Below, piece after piece: positions 51,251 through 61,158 of a stretch of 64,000 nucleotides of DNA. The notes below the pieces were generated by a model. The model did not search any database and was not told where the DNA came from. It saw only the letters and a program-made list of their open reading frames with translations. Both the position numbers and the translations under genes were made by a program. The stretch's first letter is position 1, and every line of letters begins with the position of its first letter. The stretch is from contig OZ242383.1 of the NCBI GenBank assembly GCA_965209155.1, positions 1,792,001 through 1,856,000 on the forward strand. Direction: 5' to 3'. Origin of the DNA: a bacterium. GTDB taxonomy: Bacteria > SAR324 > NAC60-12.

Positions 51251-52218
51251 ATTGAATGATACTCTCATATTAACCTTTTGTCAAGATATTTTTATACTTG
51301 AAAACGGGTTAATTTCAGACTTTCATGTCATCCTGATTGATAGCTGACAGCGAAAAGCCAATTCGCGACAGCGACTCTTTAAGGAAAATATTTTATATCC
51401 AGAAAAAAATCAACATATTTTTTAAGACAGATCCGATTTAGTCATTTAAGGCAAATTTTTCTCATATCCAGAAATAGTATAATCGCTCTGCAAATGTATC
51501 AAGATTTTTTTGAATAGGGCGACTCATTCATGAAAGTCTTCTGATGATCAACGAAAATACTTTTTCATATTGAGATACGGAAGTCAATTTTTTTAGCACT
51601 TTTCCATTACCCGTTGAGAGTTTCTAAAAATCCTCTGGGGAGGAGATGAGGTTTGACTTGACTTTCGGCTCAATCAATAGGAGCGAAATTGAAATAAAAC
51701 CTTCCGCCCAAGGCGATTTCTAGAAATCTATCAAAAAAGAAAACGAAAAACAAGCCATCATTCTTAAAAACCTTCCGCCCAAGGCGATTTCTTGAAAACG
51801 ATCACAAACGCACGATGATGGCAAAATCCTGGTAGATTTCATGATCCCCTTCAGTATCCTCTTCTATATAACAATATTTAGAGGAGGTCAATCGATTTTT
51901 TTGCTCATCTTAACTCCTCAGGGGCGAGTGCTTGTCTCATCCTGGCTTTGATCCTGGCTCCTATCTGTGTCAGTCCTTGAAAATACTGTGCAATCCTGCC
52001 CTTCTCGTCACGAAAAGCAGGGGATTCAGAGCGCATCATTTCATTGAATGCGCACTGGGCACGCGTTTCGATGGTTCGAGGATATTGATACTTGTCTTGC
52101 CGATGCAGCATCAGGGACAAATTGCAAAGTATCAAGAAAGACGCTCCTTCTGAAAAATAATCAAAATCTCCGTACAAGTCGTTCGACAAGAATGATCTCA
52201 CCTAATTCTTCCATTTCA

Positions 52219-52247
52219 TTGACAATTTAAATAGTATCTCATACAAT
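52219..52247 (+). promoter_or_regulatory. Sigma70 promoter, probable leaderless PIN-TA transcript
   Basis: TTGACA-17-TACAAT, ATG 7 nt downstream, no SD. Confidence 0.7.
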
Positions 52248-52254
52248 ACCAAAC

Positions 52255-52692
52255 ATGGAAAAAATACAAATTGTAATTGATACTAATGTGTTTTTATCAG
52301 CTTTGCGATCCAGGAGAGGAGCATCTTTCAAATTACTGTCACTCATCGGCAGTAATCACTTTGAGATCAATCTATCCGTCCCTCTTATTTTGGAATACGA
52401 GGAAGTTGCTAAGAGATATCTTAATGAAATATTGTTAAGTTTGCAGGATATTGAAGATATCCTCGATTTTTTATGCGATATGGCTCATCAACATGAAATT
52501 TATTATTTATGGAGACCCGACCTGAAAGATCCCAAAGATGACTTTGTTTTAGAGTTGGCAGTCAAATCGGGGAGTCAGTACATCATAACTTTCAATCAAC
52601 GTGACTTTAGAGGAAGTGAACGTTTCGATGTTCAAACGCTTACTCCCGGAGAATTTCTAAAAAGATTGGAGCAGGAGAATGGGAACAATTAG
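52255..52692 (+). CDS. PIN-family putative toxin
   Basis: IVIDTNV, EYEEV, DPKDDFVLELA, ITFNQRDF, TPGEFL. Confidence 0.9.
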   Translation: MEKIQIVIDTNVFLSALRSRRGASFKLLSLIGSNHFEINLSVPLILEYEEVAKRYLNEILLSLQDIEDILDFLCDMAHQHEIYYLWRPDLKDPKDDFVLELAVKSGSQYIITFNQRDFRGSERFDVQTLTPGEFLKRLEQENGNN

Positions 52693-52915
52693 TCTAAGAA
52701 TTCCGGAATCAATACATAAGCAGGTCCGAGAACTCGCTAAACAAGATGGTACTTCAATTAATCAATTTATCACAACAGCTTTGGCAGAGAAAATGTCGGC
52801 GTTGCTGACGGAAGATTATTTGAAACAACGTGCTCAGCGAGGAAGTCGAGAAAAGTTTGAAAAAGCATTATCTAAGGTGGCAGATATTGAACCTGAAGAA
52901 AGAGACAAACTTTAA
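52679..52915 (+). CDS. RHH/HicB-like antitoxin
   Basis: Overlaps PIN stop; SLRIPESIH..SINQFI. Confidence 0.85.
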   Translation: MGTISLRIPESIHKQVRELAKQDGTSINQFITTALAEKMSALLTEDYLKQRAQRGSREKFEKALSKVADIEPEERDKL

Positions 52916-52929
52916 GCATCTCGGTTAGC

Positions 52930-55287
52930 TTGGATAATCGTCGAACAAACAAGTTACCCCTGCTCGCCGGGCTTGGAATTTTTTTTCAGGCTTTTGCCGC
53001 GCTCATGTTGGAAATAGGATTGTCAAGACTATTGGCCATCCGACTCTGGCATCACTTCGCATTCTTGATCATCAGTTGCGCCTTGTTGGGATATGCGTTT
53101 TCCGGAACCTACCTGCTCCTTTTCAAGAGACCTGCCCACCCCGCTTGGTCGTCCCTTTTTTTTACAGTGACGATCCTGCCCTTGTTTGCGCTCTTTCAGC
53201 AAATTCCTTTTGATCCCGTGTTGCTCACGCTGGACCCCTGGCAATGGAGCCATTTGTTTGCACTCTATCTCTTGCTGGCGGTTCCTTTTTTCTTCAGTGG
53301 ATTGACAATCAATCTTTTACTGCGGATATACCCCAAGCAAACTTTTTCCTTGTATGGATACGACCTCATCGGAGCCGCCGCCGGCAGTGCGTGCTTTTTT
53401 CTGATTGCGCCTCACTGGCAGGAAATGGAGTGGCTGGCTTTAACCTCGCTAACAGGGAGTGTGGCCGCTGCATGTTTGGTTCCCCAATGGTCTCAACGAG
53501 CGTTGCTTGTCTGTCTGGCAGGAACATTCCTGGCATATTGGCAGTTACTTGGTCTACCGGAATGGAAGATGAGTCCCTACAAGAGTTTGCCGCTTGCCTT
53601 GAAACTTTCCAATAGCCTTCATTTGCAAACTGCGTGGGATGCGGCATCCCGCGTGGACTGGTTGATCAGTCCCCTGGCTCGTGCCGCTCCAGGATTGAGT
53701 CTCAATTTTCGAGAATCCCTCCCTCCCCAGATTGGCATTACCATTGACGGAGACGGACTGACTGCCTTCAGTTCGTGGGAGGCGGATAATTCGGAATTTG
53801 CCCGGAACCTGCCCTCCTGGCTTGTTTATCAACTTCCACCCGCGCCTCAAAATGTTTTGATCCTCCAAGTCATTGGTGGACAGGAAGTGCTGTCTGCAGT
53901 CAATGCCAAAATTCCGCAAATCGTCGTACAGACGGAAAACCAGTTGATTGCCCGTTGGTTGGACGAGCAAAACAAACTTCCCCAGGTGACCATTGTTGCT
54001 GAAAAACCCCGCACGCTGCTTTCCCGCTTGGACGAGCAGTATGATCGGGTCCTGGTTTCGCTGGAAGGGGCTCTGCCCACGGGATCCACTGGCATGCATG
54101 CTTTGCAGGAAAGCTCCCTGGAAACCGTGGAAGGAAGCATGACCCTGCTGCAGCGCCTGACACCGGAAGGCTGGTTTGCTGTGCATCGCTACTTGTTGCC
54201 ACCACCACGGGGTGAGCTTCGTTGGTTTGCCACCTTGATTGCCGCAATGGAAAAATTGGGATGGCAACCCAGTCGGCAGCTTGGGGTTTTTCGGACCATC
54301 TCCACCTTGATGATTGTAGGCTCTGCCAGGAAATGGTCCGATGCAGACAAACAACGCTTCATTGAATTCTGTGAGAAACGTGGCTACGCACCGGTTTATT
54401 ACCCGGACATGAAAGAGGAAGACGCCAACCAGATCAACCGTTTTGCAAAGCCGATTTATGCAGACGCCGTACGGCAACTTCTGCACAATGCCGCTACTTT
54501 TCATCAACAAAGTTTGTTCGATTTAACTCCGGTTAGTGACGACAAACCCTTCTTTTATAATTTCCTGCGATGGGATCGATTGAGTGAAACCTATGAAATC
54601 CTGGGTCGCAAATGGGAAGGGTTGGTAGAAGGAGGGCTCTTGCTTCCTCTGCTCTTCCTCCAAGTTCTCCTGATTGTTTTCATATTGCTGTTCGTACCAT
54701 TCCTGGTACATCGTCGAACAAAATCCTTGTTTAGCTGGAAGATGTCTTATTTCTTCTGGATCGGTTTGGGATATATGGCTGTTGAAATCGCTTTGTTTGA
54801 GAAGCTGATTTTATTTCTCGGAGAACCGGTCTATTCCCTGGCCCTGGTGCTGAGTACGCTGTTAATGGCATCTGGAATTGGATCGTCGCTCAGTCGCAAC
54901 CTGCCTCTGCATGTGCTCAACCAGGGTCAGGGACTCCTGTTGGCAGTCCTGGTGGGATATTTCCTGGGATTTTCTGAACTATTATCCGCCTTGGCTGGCG
55001 CTGGATTTCTCATGCGCCTGGCTATTGCCATGATCGCAGTGGGAGGCTTGGGGATTCTGATGGGGATCCCATTTCCCCGGGGTGTGGTTGCTATCTCTGC
55101 TCAGGATCCAGACCCCGTGATCACTAAAAATCGCATTGCAGTGGCATGGTGCCTCAATGGCTGCGCATCGGTGATCGGTCCCATCGGGGCCCTGCTACTG
55201 GCGCAATTGACAGGACTTTCCTCACTATTCCTTGCTGCCGCCATCTGTTATACGATTGCCTTGCTGCTGGCGTTGCGGCTGGGATGA
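52930..55287 (+). CDS. Multi-pass membrane protein with central spermidine-synthase/SAM-methyltransferase-like domain
   Basis: N- and C-terminal TM bundles, LYGYDLIGAAAG, PVSDDKPFF; glycine-rich SAM motif looks degenerate; start uncertain. Confidence 0.7.
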   Translation: MDNRRTNKLPLLAGLGIFFQAFAALMLEIGLSRLLAIRLWHHFAFLIISCALLGYAFSGTYLLLFKRPAHPAWSSLFFTVTILPLFALFQQIPFDPVLLTLDPWQWSHLFALYLLLAVPFFFSGLTINLLLRIYPKQTFSLYGYDLIGAAAGSACFFLIAPHWQEMEWLALTSLTGSVAAACLVPQWSQRALLVCLAGTFLAYWQLLGLPEWKMSPYKSLPLALKLSNSLHLQTAWDAASRVDWLISPLARAAPGLSLNFRESLPPQIGITIDGDGLTAFSSWEADNSEFARNLPSWLVYQLPPAPQNVLILQVIGGQEVLSAVNAKIPQIVVQTENQLIARWLDEQNKLPQVTIVAEKPRTLLSRLDEQYDRVLVSLEGALPTGSTGMHALQESSLETVEGSMTLLQRLTPEGWFAVHRYLLPPPRGELRWFATLIAAMEKLGWQPSRQLGVFRTISTLMIVGSARKWSDADKQRFIEFCEKRGYAPVYYPDMKEEDANQINRFAKPIYADAVRQLLHNAATFHQQSLFDLTPVSDDKPFFYNFLRWDRLSETYEILGRKWEGLVEGGLLLPLLFLQVLLIVFILLFVPFLVHRRTKSLFSWKMSYFFWIGLGYMAVEIALFEKLILFLGEPVYSLALVLSTLLMASGIGSSLSRNLPLHVLNQGQGLLLAVLVGYFLGFSELLSALAGAGFLMRLAIAMIAVGGLGILMGIPFPRGVVAISAQDPDPVITKNRIAVAWCLNGCASVIGPIGALLLAQLTGLSSLFLAAAICYTIALLLALRLG

Positions 55288-55294
55288 GCGGGGT

Positions 55295-56026
55295 TCATTC
55301 CCGGACTTTGCCGGTCATGGGAACAAAGCGGACGTCGATGGAGTATTCGACCGAAGTCTGCCCATCTTCGCGCATGGTGACAATCGTCAAAGTTTGATAA
55401 AAATGGGTCGGTCCCAAGGGAAGTACGAGTTTTCCTCACGGTTTCAATTGGTTGAGAAGAGGACGGGGAATATGATTGGCAGCGGCAGTGATCATGATGC
55501 GGTCGAAAGGAGCATGTTCGAGCCAACCATAATAACCATCCGCATTTTTAACGGAAACCGGAATTTCCAGTCTTTTAAGACGAGCGGCAGCCTGTCGGGC
55601 CAACTCGGGAATAATCTCGATTGAATAGACTTCCGCATCCAAAGCCGCAAGGACTGCCGCTTGATATGCGGAACCTGTGCCTATTTCCAAAACTTTCATT
55701 CCAGGACGTAACTCGAGCAACTCCGTCATCAAAGCCACCACATAAGGTTGGCTGATGGTTTGCCCCAATCCGATTGGTAATGGACGGTCCGAATAGGCAA
55801 CAGATTCGAGATAGTCCGGAACAAATAAGTGACGAGGTACGTCCCGCATGCTCTGCAGCACTGAACGATCTTCAATGCCTCGATCTTCGAGCTGAATGCG
55901 CACCATCTGTTCGCGCTCATTCTGCCACTCCTTGCCCCACAAGGGATTTCCCCACAACGATATCAGGGTGAAAATCAGAATACAGCCAAGACGGTTGGCA
56001 TGTTTCAAGAGTTGTGAGCGTGACAT
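55295..56026 (-). pseudogene. pcm: Protein-L-isoaspartate O-methyltransferase with in-frame TGA at 55436-55438
   Basis: VPRHLFV, GQTISQPY, LEIGTGSAYQ, APFDRI; after TGA the same frame gives GKLVLPLG..VRFVPM. Confidence 0.9.
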
Positions 56027-56046
56027 CCGGATCGTTTAGCAAGAAG

Positions 56047-56646
56047 TTAATTTTTTCGTGCCACCATGCTGGCCAAGGCTTTCTTTTTACCCTGATCTGC
56101 AGCATAAATGATTTTTTCTCGATACTCAAGAATGCGCAAATCCGAAAACGCATGCAGCAATTCGTTATAATCCAACACATACCGGGGATTCATGGCACTG
56201 GCTAAGATGGTGACGTCGTCACGGTAGACCGTCTCAAAAAATAAAAGCCCTCCTTGCAGCAATGCGTCTTTGAGGGCAGGGAAAAGGCTACGTTCCAAAT
56301 AATTGAAACAAAGGACGACTTGATATTTCTCCTTCGCCAGCAGATCGTTTTCAAAATCCATCTGCAGGGGTTGAATGGAAACATTTTTTTTTAACACTTG
56401 CCGCTGTAACCAGCAAATTGCCACATCCGAAATATCGGCAGCTTCTACCTCGAAGCCCATGGCAGCCAATAAAAATGAATTGCGTCCATTGCCACAAGCC
56501 ACATCCAACGCCGGTCCTCTTTCTTGGGATTGCAACACGGACTGATGGCAACGCAGCCATTCTGAAGGACGAGATTCCCAGTTTTCAATCCCTTTCTGAG
56601 AATATTTTTTATTCCATCGCGCTCTATCCGGATTTTGTGAGTTCAT
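56047..56646 (-). CDS. Class I SAM-dependent methyltransferase (TehB-like)
   Basis: ALDVACGNGRNS, DISDVAI, GGLLFFET. Confidence 0.85.
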   Translation of the reverse strand: MNSQNPDRARWNKKYSQKGIENWESRPSEWLRCHQSVLQSQERGPALDVACGNGRNSFLLAAMGFEVEAADISDVAICWLQRQVLKKNVSIQPLQMDFENDLLAKEKYQVVLCFNYLERSLFPALKDALLQGGLLFFETVYRDDVTILASAMNPRYVLDYNELLHAFSDLRILEYREKIIYAADQGKKKALASMVARKN

Positions 56647-56712
56647 TGCGCAGAAAATTATTCAGGGAAAGAATGTAAAACGAATTTCCGGAAAGACCTC
56701 CCAGACAATAGG

Positions 56713-57036
56713 TTAGGGTAGCAGCGCTTTGATTTTGCCATCACATTCCTGAACAGGAAAAGTCTCTACGAAATATTCGTTGCCATGACCGTTGCCTGTT
56801 TCCAGGTTAAATAAATAGCCATGCCTGGCACAACGAATCCTGTTGCTTTTACACACGACCCCATCTTCAAACGAGGCCCCTTGGTGAGGACAGAGGCTGT
56901 CCAGGGCGAAATAACCCATTTCCGTTCGTACCAGGATGATTTTTTTTGGACCGGCTTGAACAGTTTTGATTTGATCGATTTCGATTTCGTCAGTACTGCT
57001 TAACGTAACCCAATTCTCCTTTGATTTTTCAGACAT
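56713..57036 (-). CDS. Rieske [2Fe-2S] ferredoxin
   Basis: CPH...CARH, FNLETG. Confidence 0.9.
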   Translation of the reverse strand: MSEKSKENWVTLSSTDEIEIDQIKTVQAGPKKIILVRTEMGYFALDSLCPHQGASFEDGVVCKSNRIRCARHGYLFNLETGNGHGNEYFVETFPVQECDGKIKALLP

Positions 57037-57338
57037 CGTTTAATTTCTGATATTCCCTCTGGAGGATTTACCTAAAGTTTGATTTTGATCCACGACGGTG
57101 TGATCAAATGATATTATCGTGGAAGATTTGTGGTTTCCAGATAAATTTGAAATCGAAGAGGATTGAGGTTTGTAAAGGAACTATAGATTCGCCATAAGGA
57201 GAATAACTTTAACGGATATTAGAGTCGGCCTATGAGCGCAAGGGTGTTTTATCGAGAAAATACGTTGAAAAATTGTGAAATTCGAGTCGAGAAATGATAA
57301 GATTTAACAATTCTCACTCTTCTTCAAAACGAAAAATT

Positions 57339-58487
57339 ATGAAATTCAAAATTCAGACGATTTTACTGGTGGTTTTTTGTCTCTCCTGGAGCATTTGTCC
57401 TCGCCTTTGGGCTTTGGGGTTGAAGCAGGTATTTCAGACGGTGGAATTCAATCGTCCTGTTCACCTGACTGCATCCTGGGACGGAAGGGGCCGTATATTC
57501 GTGGTGGAGCAGGAAGGGAGAATTCTGGTTATAGAGCGCAATCCTGCTAAACAACAAACAATCTCAAATGTGTTTTTGGACATCCGGAAGCGAGTTCTCA
57601 GCTTGGGAAATGAGGAAGGTTTGTTATCCATGGCATTTCATCCTCAATACTTGAACAATGGAATTTTCTTTGTCAACTACACTGCCGCCTTCCCCAGACG
57701 AACTGTCATTTCCAGATTTCGTGTGGATCCGCAAAATTCAAATCAGGCTCTAAAAAACAGCGAAATTCGCATTCTCGAGATCAAACAGCCTTACAGTAAT
57801 CACAATGGAGGACAAATTGCTTTTGGTCCCGATGGTTATTTATACATTGGTATGGGAGATGGCGGAGCAGCGGGAGATCCTTTGGGCCACGGGCAAAATT
57901 TAAGGACTCTGCATGGGGCGATTCTGCGTATAGATATCAACTATGAAAGTGATGAAACCAAATACGCCGTACCTGAAGATAATCCATTTGTGGGAAGACA
58001 AAAAATACTTCCGGAGATTTGGGCCTACGGATTGCGAAATCCCTGGCGTTTCAGTTTCGACCGCTTGACGGGGGAACTTTATACCGGAGATGTGGGGCAA
58101 AACCGCTTTGAAGAAATAGATCTGATTGAAAAAGGGAAAAACTATGGATGGAATATCATGGAAGGCGCTCATTGTTATGCGCCTCCTTCTGGCTGTTCCA
58201 AAAGAGGATTGCAACGTCCCTTGGTGGAGTATGACCACAGTGAAGGTTACTCCGTCACCGGGGGTTTTGTCTATCGTGGCAAAGCGATTCCTTCTTTGCA
58301 GGGCAGATATCTTTACGGGGATTTCGGTTCGGGGAAAATTTGGGGTTTGATTCAAAAAAACGGTCGGCTACAGGACCAGCGTCTTTTAATGAATACGACC
58401 ATCAATATTTCCAGTTTTGGAGAAGACGAACGCGGAGAAGTCTATGTAGTCGGATTGAAGGGAAACATTTTTCAAATCGTCCCATGA
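57339..58487 (+). CDS. PQQ-dependent sugar dehydrogenase (GSDH family), exported
   Basis: GLLSMAFHP, NHNGGQIAFGPDG, GLRNPWR. Confidence 0.9.
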   Translation: MKFKIQTILLVVFCLSWSICPRLWALGLKQVFQTVEFNRPVHLTASWDGRGRIFVVEQEGRILVIERNPAKQQTISNVFLDIRKRVLSLGNEEGLLSMAFHPQYLNNGIFFVNYTAAFPRRTVISRFRVDPQNSNQALKNSEIRILEIKQPYSNHNGGQIAFGPDGYLYIGMGDGGAAGDPLGHGQNLRTLHGAILRIDINYESDETKYAVPEDNPFVGRQKILPEIWAYGLRNPWRFSFDRLTGELYTGDVGQNRFEEIDLIEKGKNYGWNIMEGAHCYAPPSGCSKRGLQRPLVEYDHSEGYSVTGGFVYRGKAIPSLQGRYLYGDFGSGKIWGLIQKNGRLQDQRLLMNTTINISSFGEDERGEVYVVGLKGNIFQIVP

Positions 58488-58538
58488 ACTGGAAAAGCAA
58501 AAGGGACTTCTTTTGTTTCAATTAGTCAGCAACTGACA

Positions 58539-58988
58539 ATGAATTTTTATTCCTTGCTTGCCGATTTGATATTGATCCTCCATGCCAGCTTCATCGGATT
58601 TGTGATATTTGGACTGGTTCTGATCGTAACAGGATTGCTCAGACGATGGCGCTGGGTGCTGAACTTTTGGTTCAGACTCTCGCATCTGCTGGCCATCGGC
58701 ATCGTCATTGTACAAAGCTGGTTGGGTATCATTTGCCCCTTGACGATTTGGGAACAACGGTTGCGCATGACGGGTGAGGTGTATTCCTATTCCGAAGGAT
58801 TTGTTGCCTATTGGTTGCACAGAATCATCTTCTATCAAGCAGAACCCTGGGTATTTAGCTTGGTTTATACGGTTTTTGGCGCATGCGTGCTGATCACATG
58901 GATCTGGGGACGTCCCCAAAGCCCTTCCTTTTTGATATGGGAACCGTCATGCATTCACAAAATCAAAATGGCCTGTAAACGACTTTAA
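58539..58988 (+). CDS. DUF2784-like membrane protein
   Basis: LADLILILH, CPLTIWEQRLR. Confidence 0.75.
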   Translation: MNFYSLLADLILILHASFIGFVIFGLVLIVTGLLRRWRWVLNFWFRLSHLLAIGIVIVQSWLGIICPLTIWEQRLRMTGEVYSYSEGFVAYWLHRIIFYQAEPWVFSLVYTVFGACVLITWIWGRPQSPSFLIWEPSCIHKIKMACKRL

Positions 58989-59001
58989 ATCGGGAGACGA
59001 A

Positions 59002-59877
59002 TCAATTTCTATTCACTCCGGATGCTGTCAGAATCTCCACGCCAGTTTGCGTGACCAGGACCGTGTGTTCCCATTGGGCGGAGAGAGAGCCATCCGAGGT
59101 AACGGCAGTCCATTGGTCTGCCAAAATTCGACTTTCAAAACTACCTGCGTTGATCATCGGTTCAATTGTGAAAATCATATTCGGTACCAACAGCGGACCG
59201 CTTTTTGGATCACCATAATGGGGAACTTGTGGATCTTCGTGAAATTCGATGCCAACTCCATGTCCGCAAAAATCACGCACTACGGAAAAACCATGCTTTT
59301 CCGCATGCTTTTGAATGGCATGTCCGATATCGCCAATCGTGTTGAAGGGTTTGACCACGTTGATACCGAGTTCCATGCATTCTTTGGAAACACGAACCAG
59401 CTTGCTGGCCTCTTCAGAAACTTCTCCGATACAATACATTCGATTCGAGTCGCCGTAATATCCGTTGAGGATACATGTCACATCGACATTCAAGATATCT
59501 CCATCTCGCAGGACGGTTGTACCCGGAATGCCATGACAAATGACGTCATTGAGCGAAGTACAGACACTTTTAGGGAAGCCTCGATAGTTCAAAGGCGCAG
59601 GATAGGCTCCGCATGTGATGATGTAGTCGTGAACCCATTCATTGATATCGTCCGTAGTCATACCGGGACGGATCCGCTCTTCCAGTAAATCAAGGATTTT
59701 GCAGGTCAGTTGACAGCTTTTACGAATCCCTTCCACCTGTTCCGGTTTTTTAATGATGATTCCGGAGCGGTTACTTTTCCCCCACTGTTGGTTCTTTCTG
59801 TCTGACTTGAGATGACATTTTTTATATTTTTTCCCACTGCCACAAGGGCAGGGGGCATTGCGAGCGATGATTTTCAT
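59002..59877 (-). CDS. map: Type I methionine aminopeptidase with N-terminal SEC-C motif (start may be 59904)
   Basis: ICHGIP, DVT..GYYGD, GHGVG..FHE, TIEPM, QWEHT; RNAPCPCGSGKKYKKCH. Confidence 0.95.
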   Translation of the reverse strand: MKIIARNAPCPCGSGKKYKKCHLKSDRKNQQWGKSNRSGIIIKKPEQVEGIRKSCQLTCKILDLLEERIRPGMTTDDINEWVHDYIITCGAYPAPLNYRGFPKSVCTSLNDVICHGIPGTTVLRDGDILNVDVTCILNGYYGDSNRMYCIGEVSEEASKLVRVSKECMELGINVVKPFNTIGDIGHAIQKHAEKHGFSVVRDFCGHGVGIEFHEDPQVPHYGDPKSGPLLVPNMIFTIEPMINAGSFESRILADQWTAVTSDGSLSAQWEHTVLVTQTGVEILTASGVNRN

Positions 59878-59926
59878 AGATTCATCTGTGAGGAACCATG
59901 CCAAGGACGGCCTTGGGTAAAGGAAT

Positions 59927-60787
59927 TCACTCCAAGAAATGCAAGATACGATTCAGACGATAGGAATATAAATCAAATATCCCCAACAGACCTTGACGAG
60001 GGTCTTTGGACCAATAAACCATCTGACCCTTGCCTTTGACTTTTTTGATATTCACAAATCCCCAAAAACGGCCATCATGGCTATTGTAACGATTGTCTCC
60101 CATTGCCAGGAAATGCCCTTCAGGTACCGTAACCGGACCAAAATTACTGACATTCCGTAAGCGGGACGCGGAACGACTTTCAGGATCGAAATATGCGTAG
60201 GGTTCGGGTAACAACTTGTTATTTATGTATACTTTGTCATTCCGTATTTCCATCACTTCTCCTTCCAGCGCAATAACCCTCTTGATAAAATCAATCGAAG
60301 GTTCTGGAGGAGAGGGGAAGATCAAAATATCTCCCCGTTGGATGGGTCGACGAAGCAATTTGATGTCAGTAAATGGTATGGGGATGCCATAGCTATACAT
60401 CGTAGCAAAAATTTGGTCTCCAATTTGAATGGTTGGTATCATGGAACCCGAAGGAATCCGGAAAGGGGCAAAGAGGAAAGTGCGCACAATCATGGCCACA
60501 ACCACTGCAAAAATAAGGGCTTCTATCCATTCGCGGGTTGATTTGTGGGTTATCCATCCATCCATGCGGAAATATCCACGCGCATGTTTGAGGACCAGAT
60601 TTTTCCGTTCCAGGATTTCCACATTGTTGGGCAGCTTGTTCAAGTGGAGAAGGAATTGTTCGACGGAAGGAAAATACTTTTCTTCCAGGGCAGCCAAGGT
60701 ATTGAGGCTTTCTTCGCTGAATCCATGTTTTTTAAATTTTTGAAGTGATTTTCTTGAAATTTTATAAGTTGTAAATTTTGATAACAT
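59927..60787 (-). CDS. lepB: Signal peptidase I with extra soluble N-terminal module
   Basis: IPSGSMIPT, FIKRVI, MGDNRYNSHDGRFWG; single TM after residue ~85. Confidence 0.95.
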   Translation of the reverse strand: MLSKFTTYKISRKSLQKFKKHGFSEESLNTLAALEEKYFPSVEQFLLHLNKLPNNVEILERKNLVLKHARGYFRMDGWITHKSTREWIEALIFAVVVAMIVRTFLFAPFRIPSGSMIPTIQIGDQIFATMYSYGIPIPFTDIKLLRRPIQRGDILIFPSPPEPSIDFIKRVIALEGEVMEIRNDKVYINNKLLPEPYAYFDPESRSASRLRNVSNFGPVTVPEGHFLAMGDNRYNSHDGRFWGFVNIKKVKGKGQMVYWSKDPRQGLLGIFDLYSYRLNRILHFLE

Positions 60788-61158
60788 AGATATATGTTCA
60801 ATCTGGAAGAATCGGGATTACGATGTTCTTGAAAAGAAAGGTAGCGCGATAACTCATTCAATCGAAGATGGACGGTGAGCCTGTAATTAAAAATACATGG
60901 TTTGTGAGATTATTTCAAATCGGACACGAAAGTATTCCGGAACTTGATTCAAAACGACAAACCCAATGAGGCATCTTTTCGAATTGACATGCAATTTTTC
61001 CATAAAGGCAACATATTTCTTTAAGCATGGTCATCTTGAAAGCAGGATGGCGCCCACTGATTTAATTTCCTCTGAGTTGGATGAAAAGAGAAGGTATTTT
61101 TTTAACAGTCTCTGAAATTCCTTATTTCATGCAATCACTCCAACCCTGGCGTTGAACC

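Noticed and set aside
55436..55438. TGA recoded as Gly, Trp or selenocysteine
   Set aside because: TGA ends many genes here at their expected C-termini (bolA, rplY, hicB, pcm itself); the position is not a Cys site.
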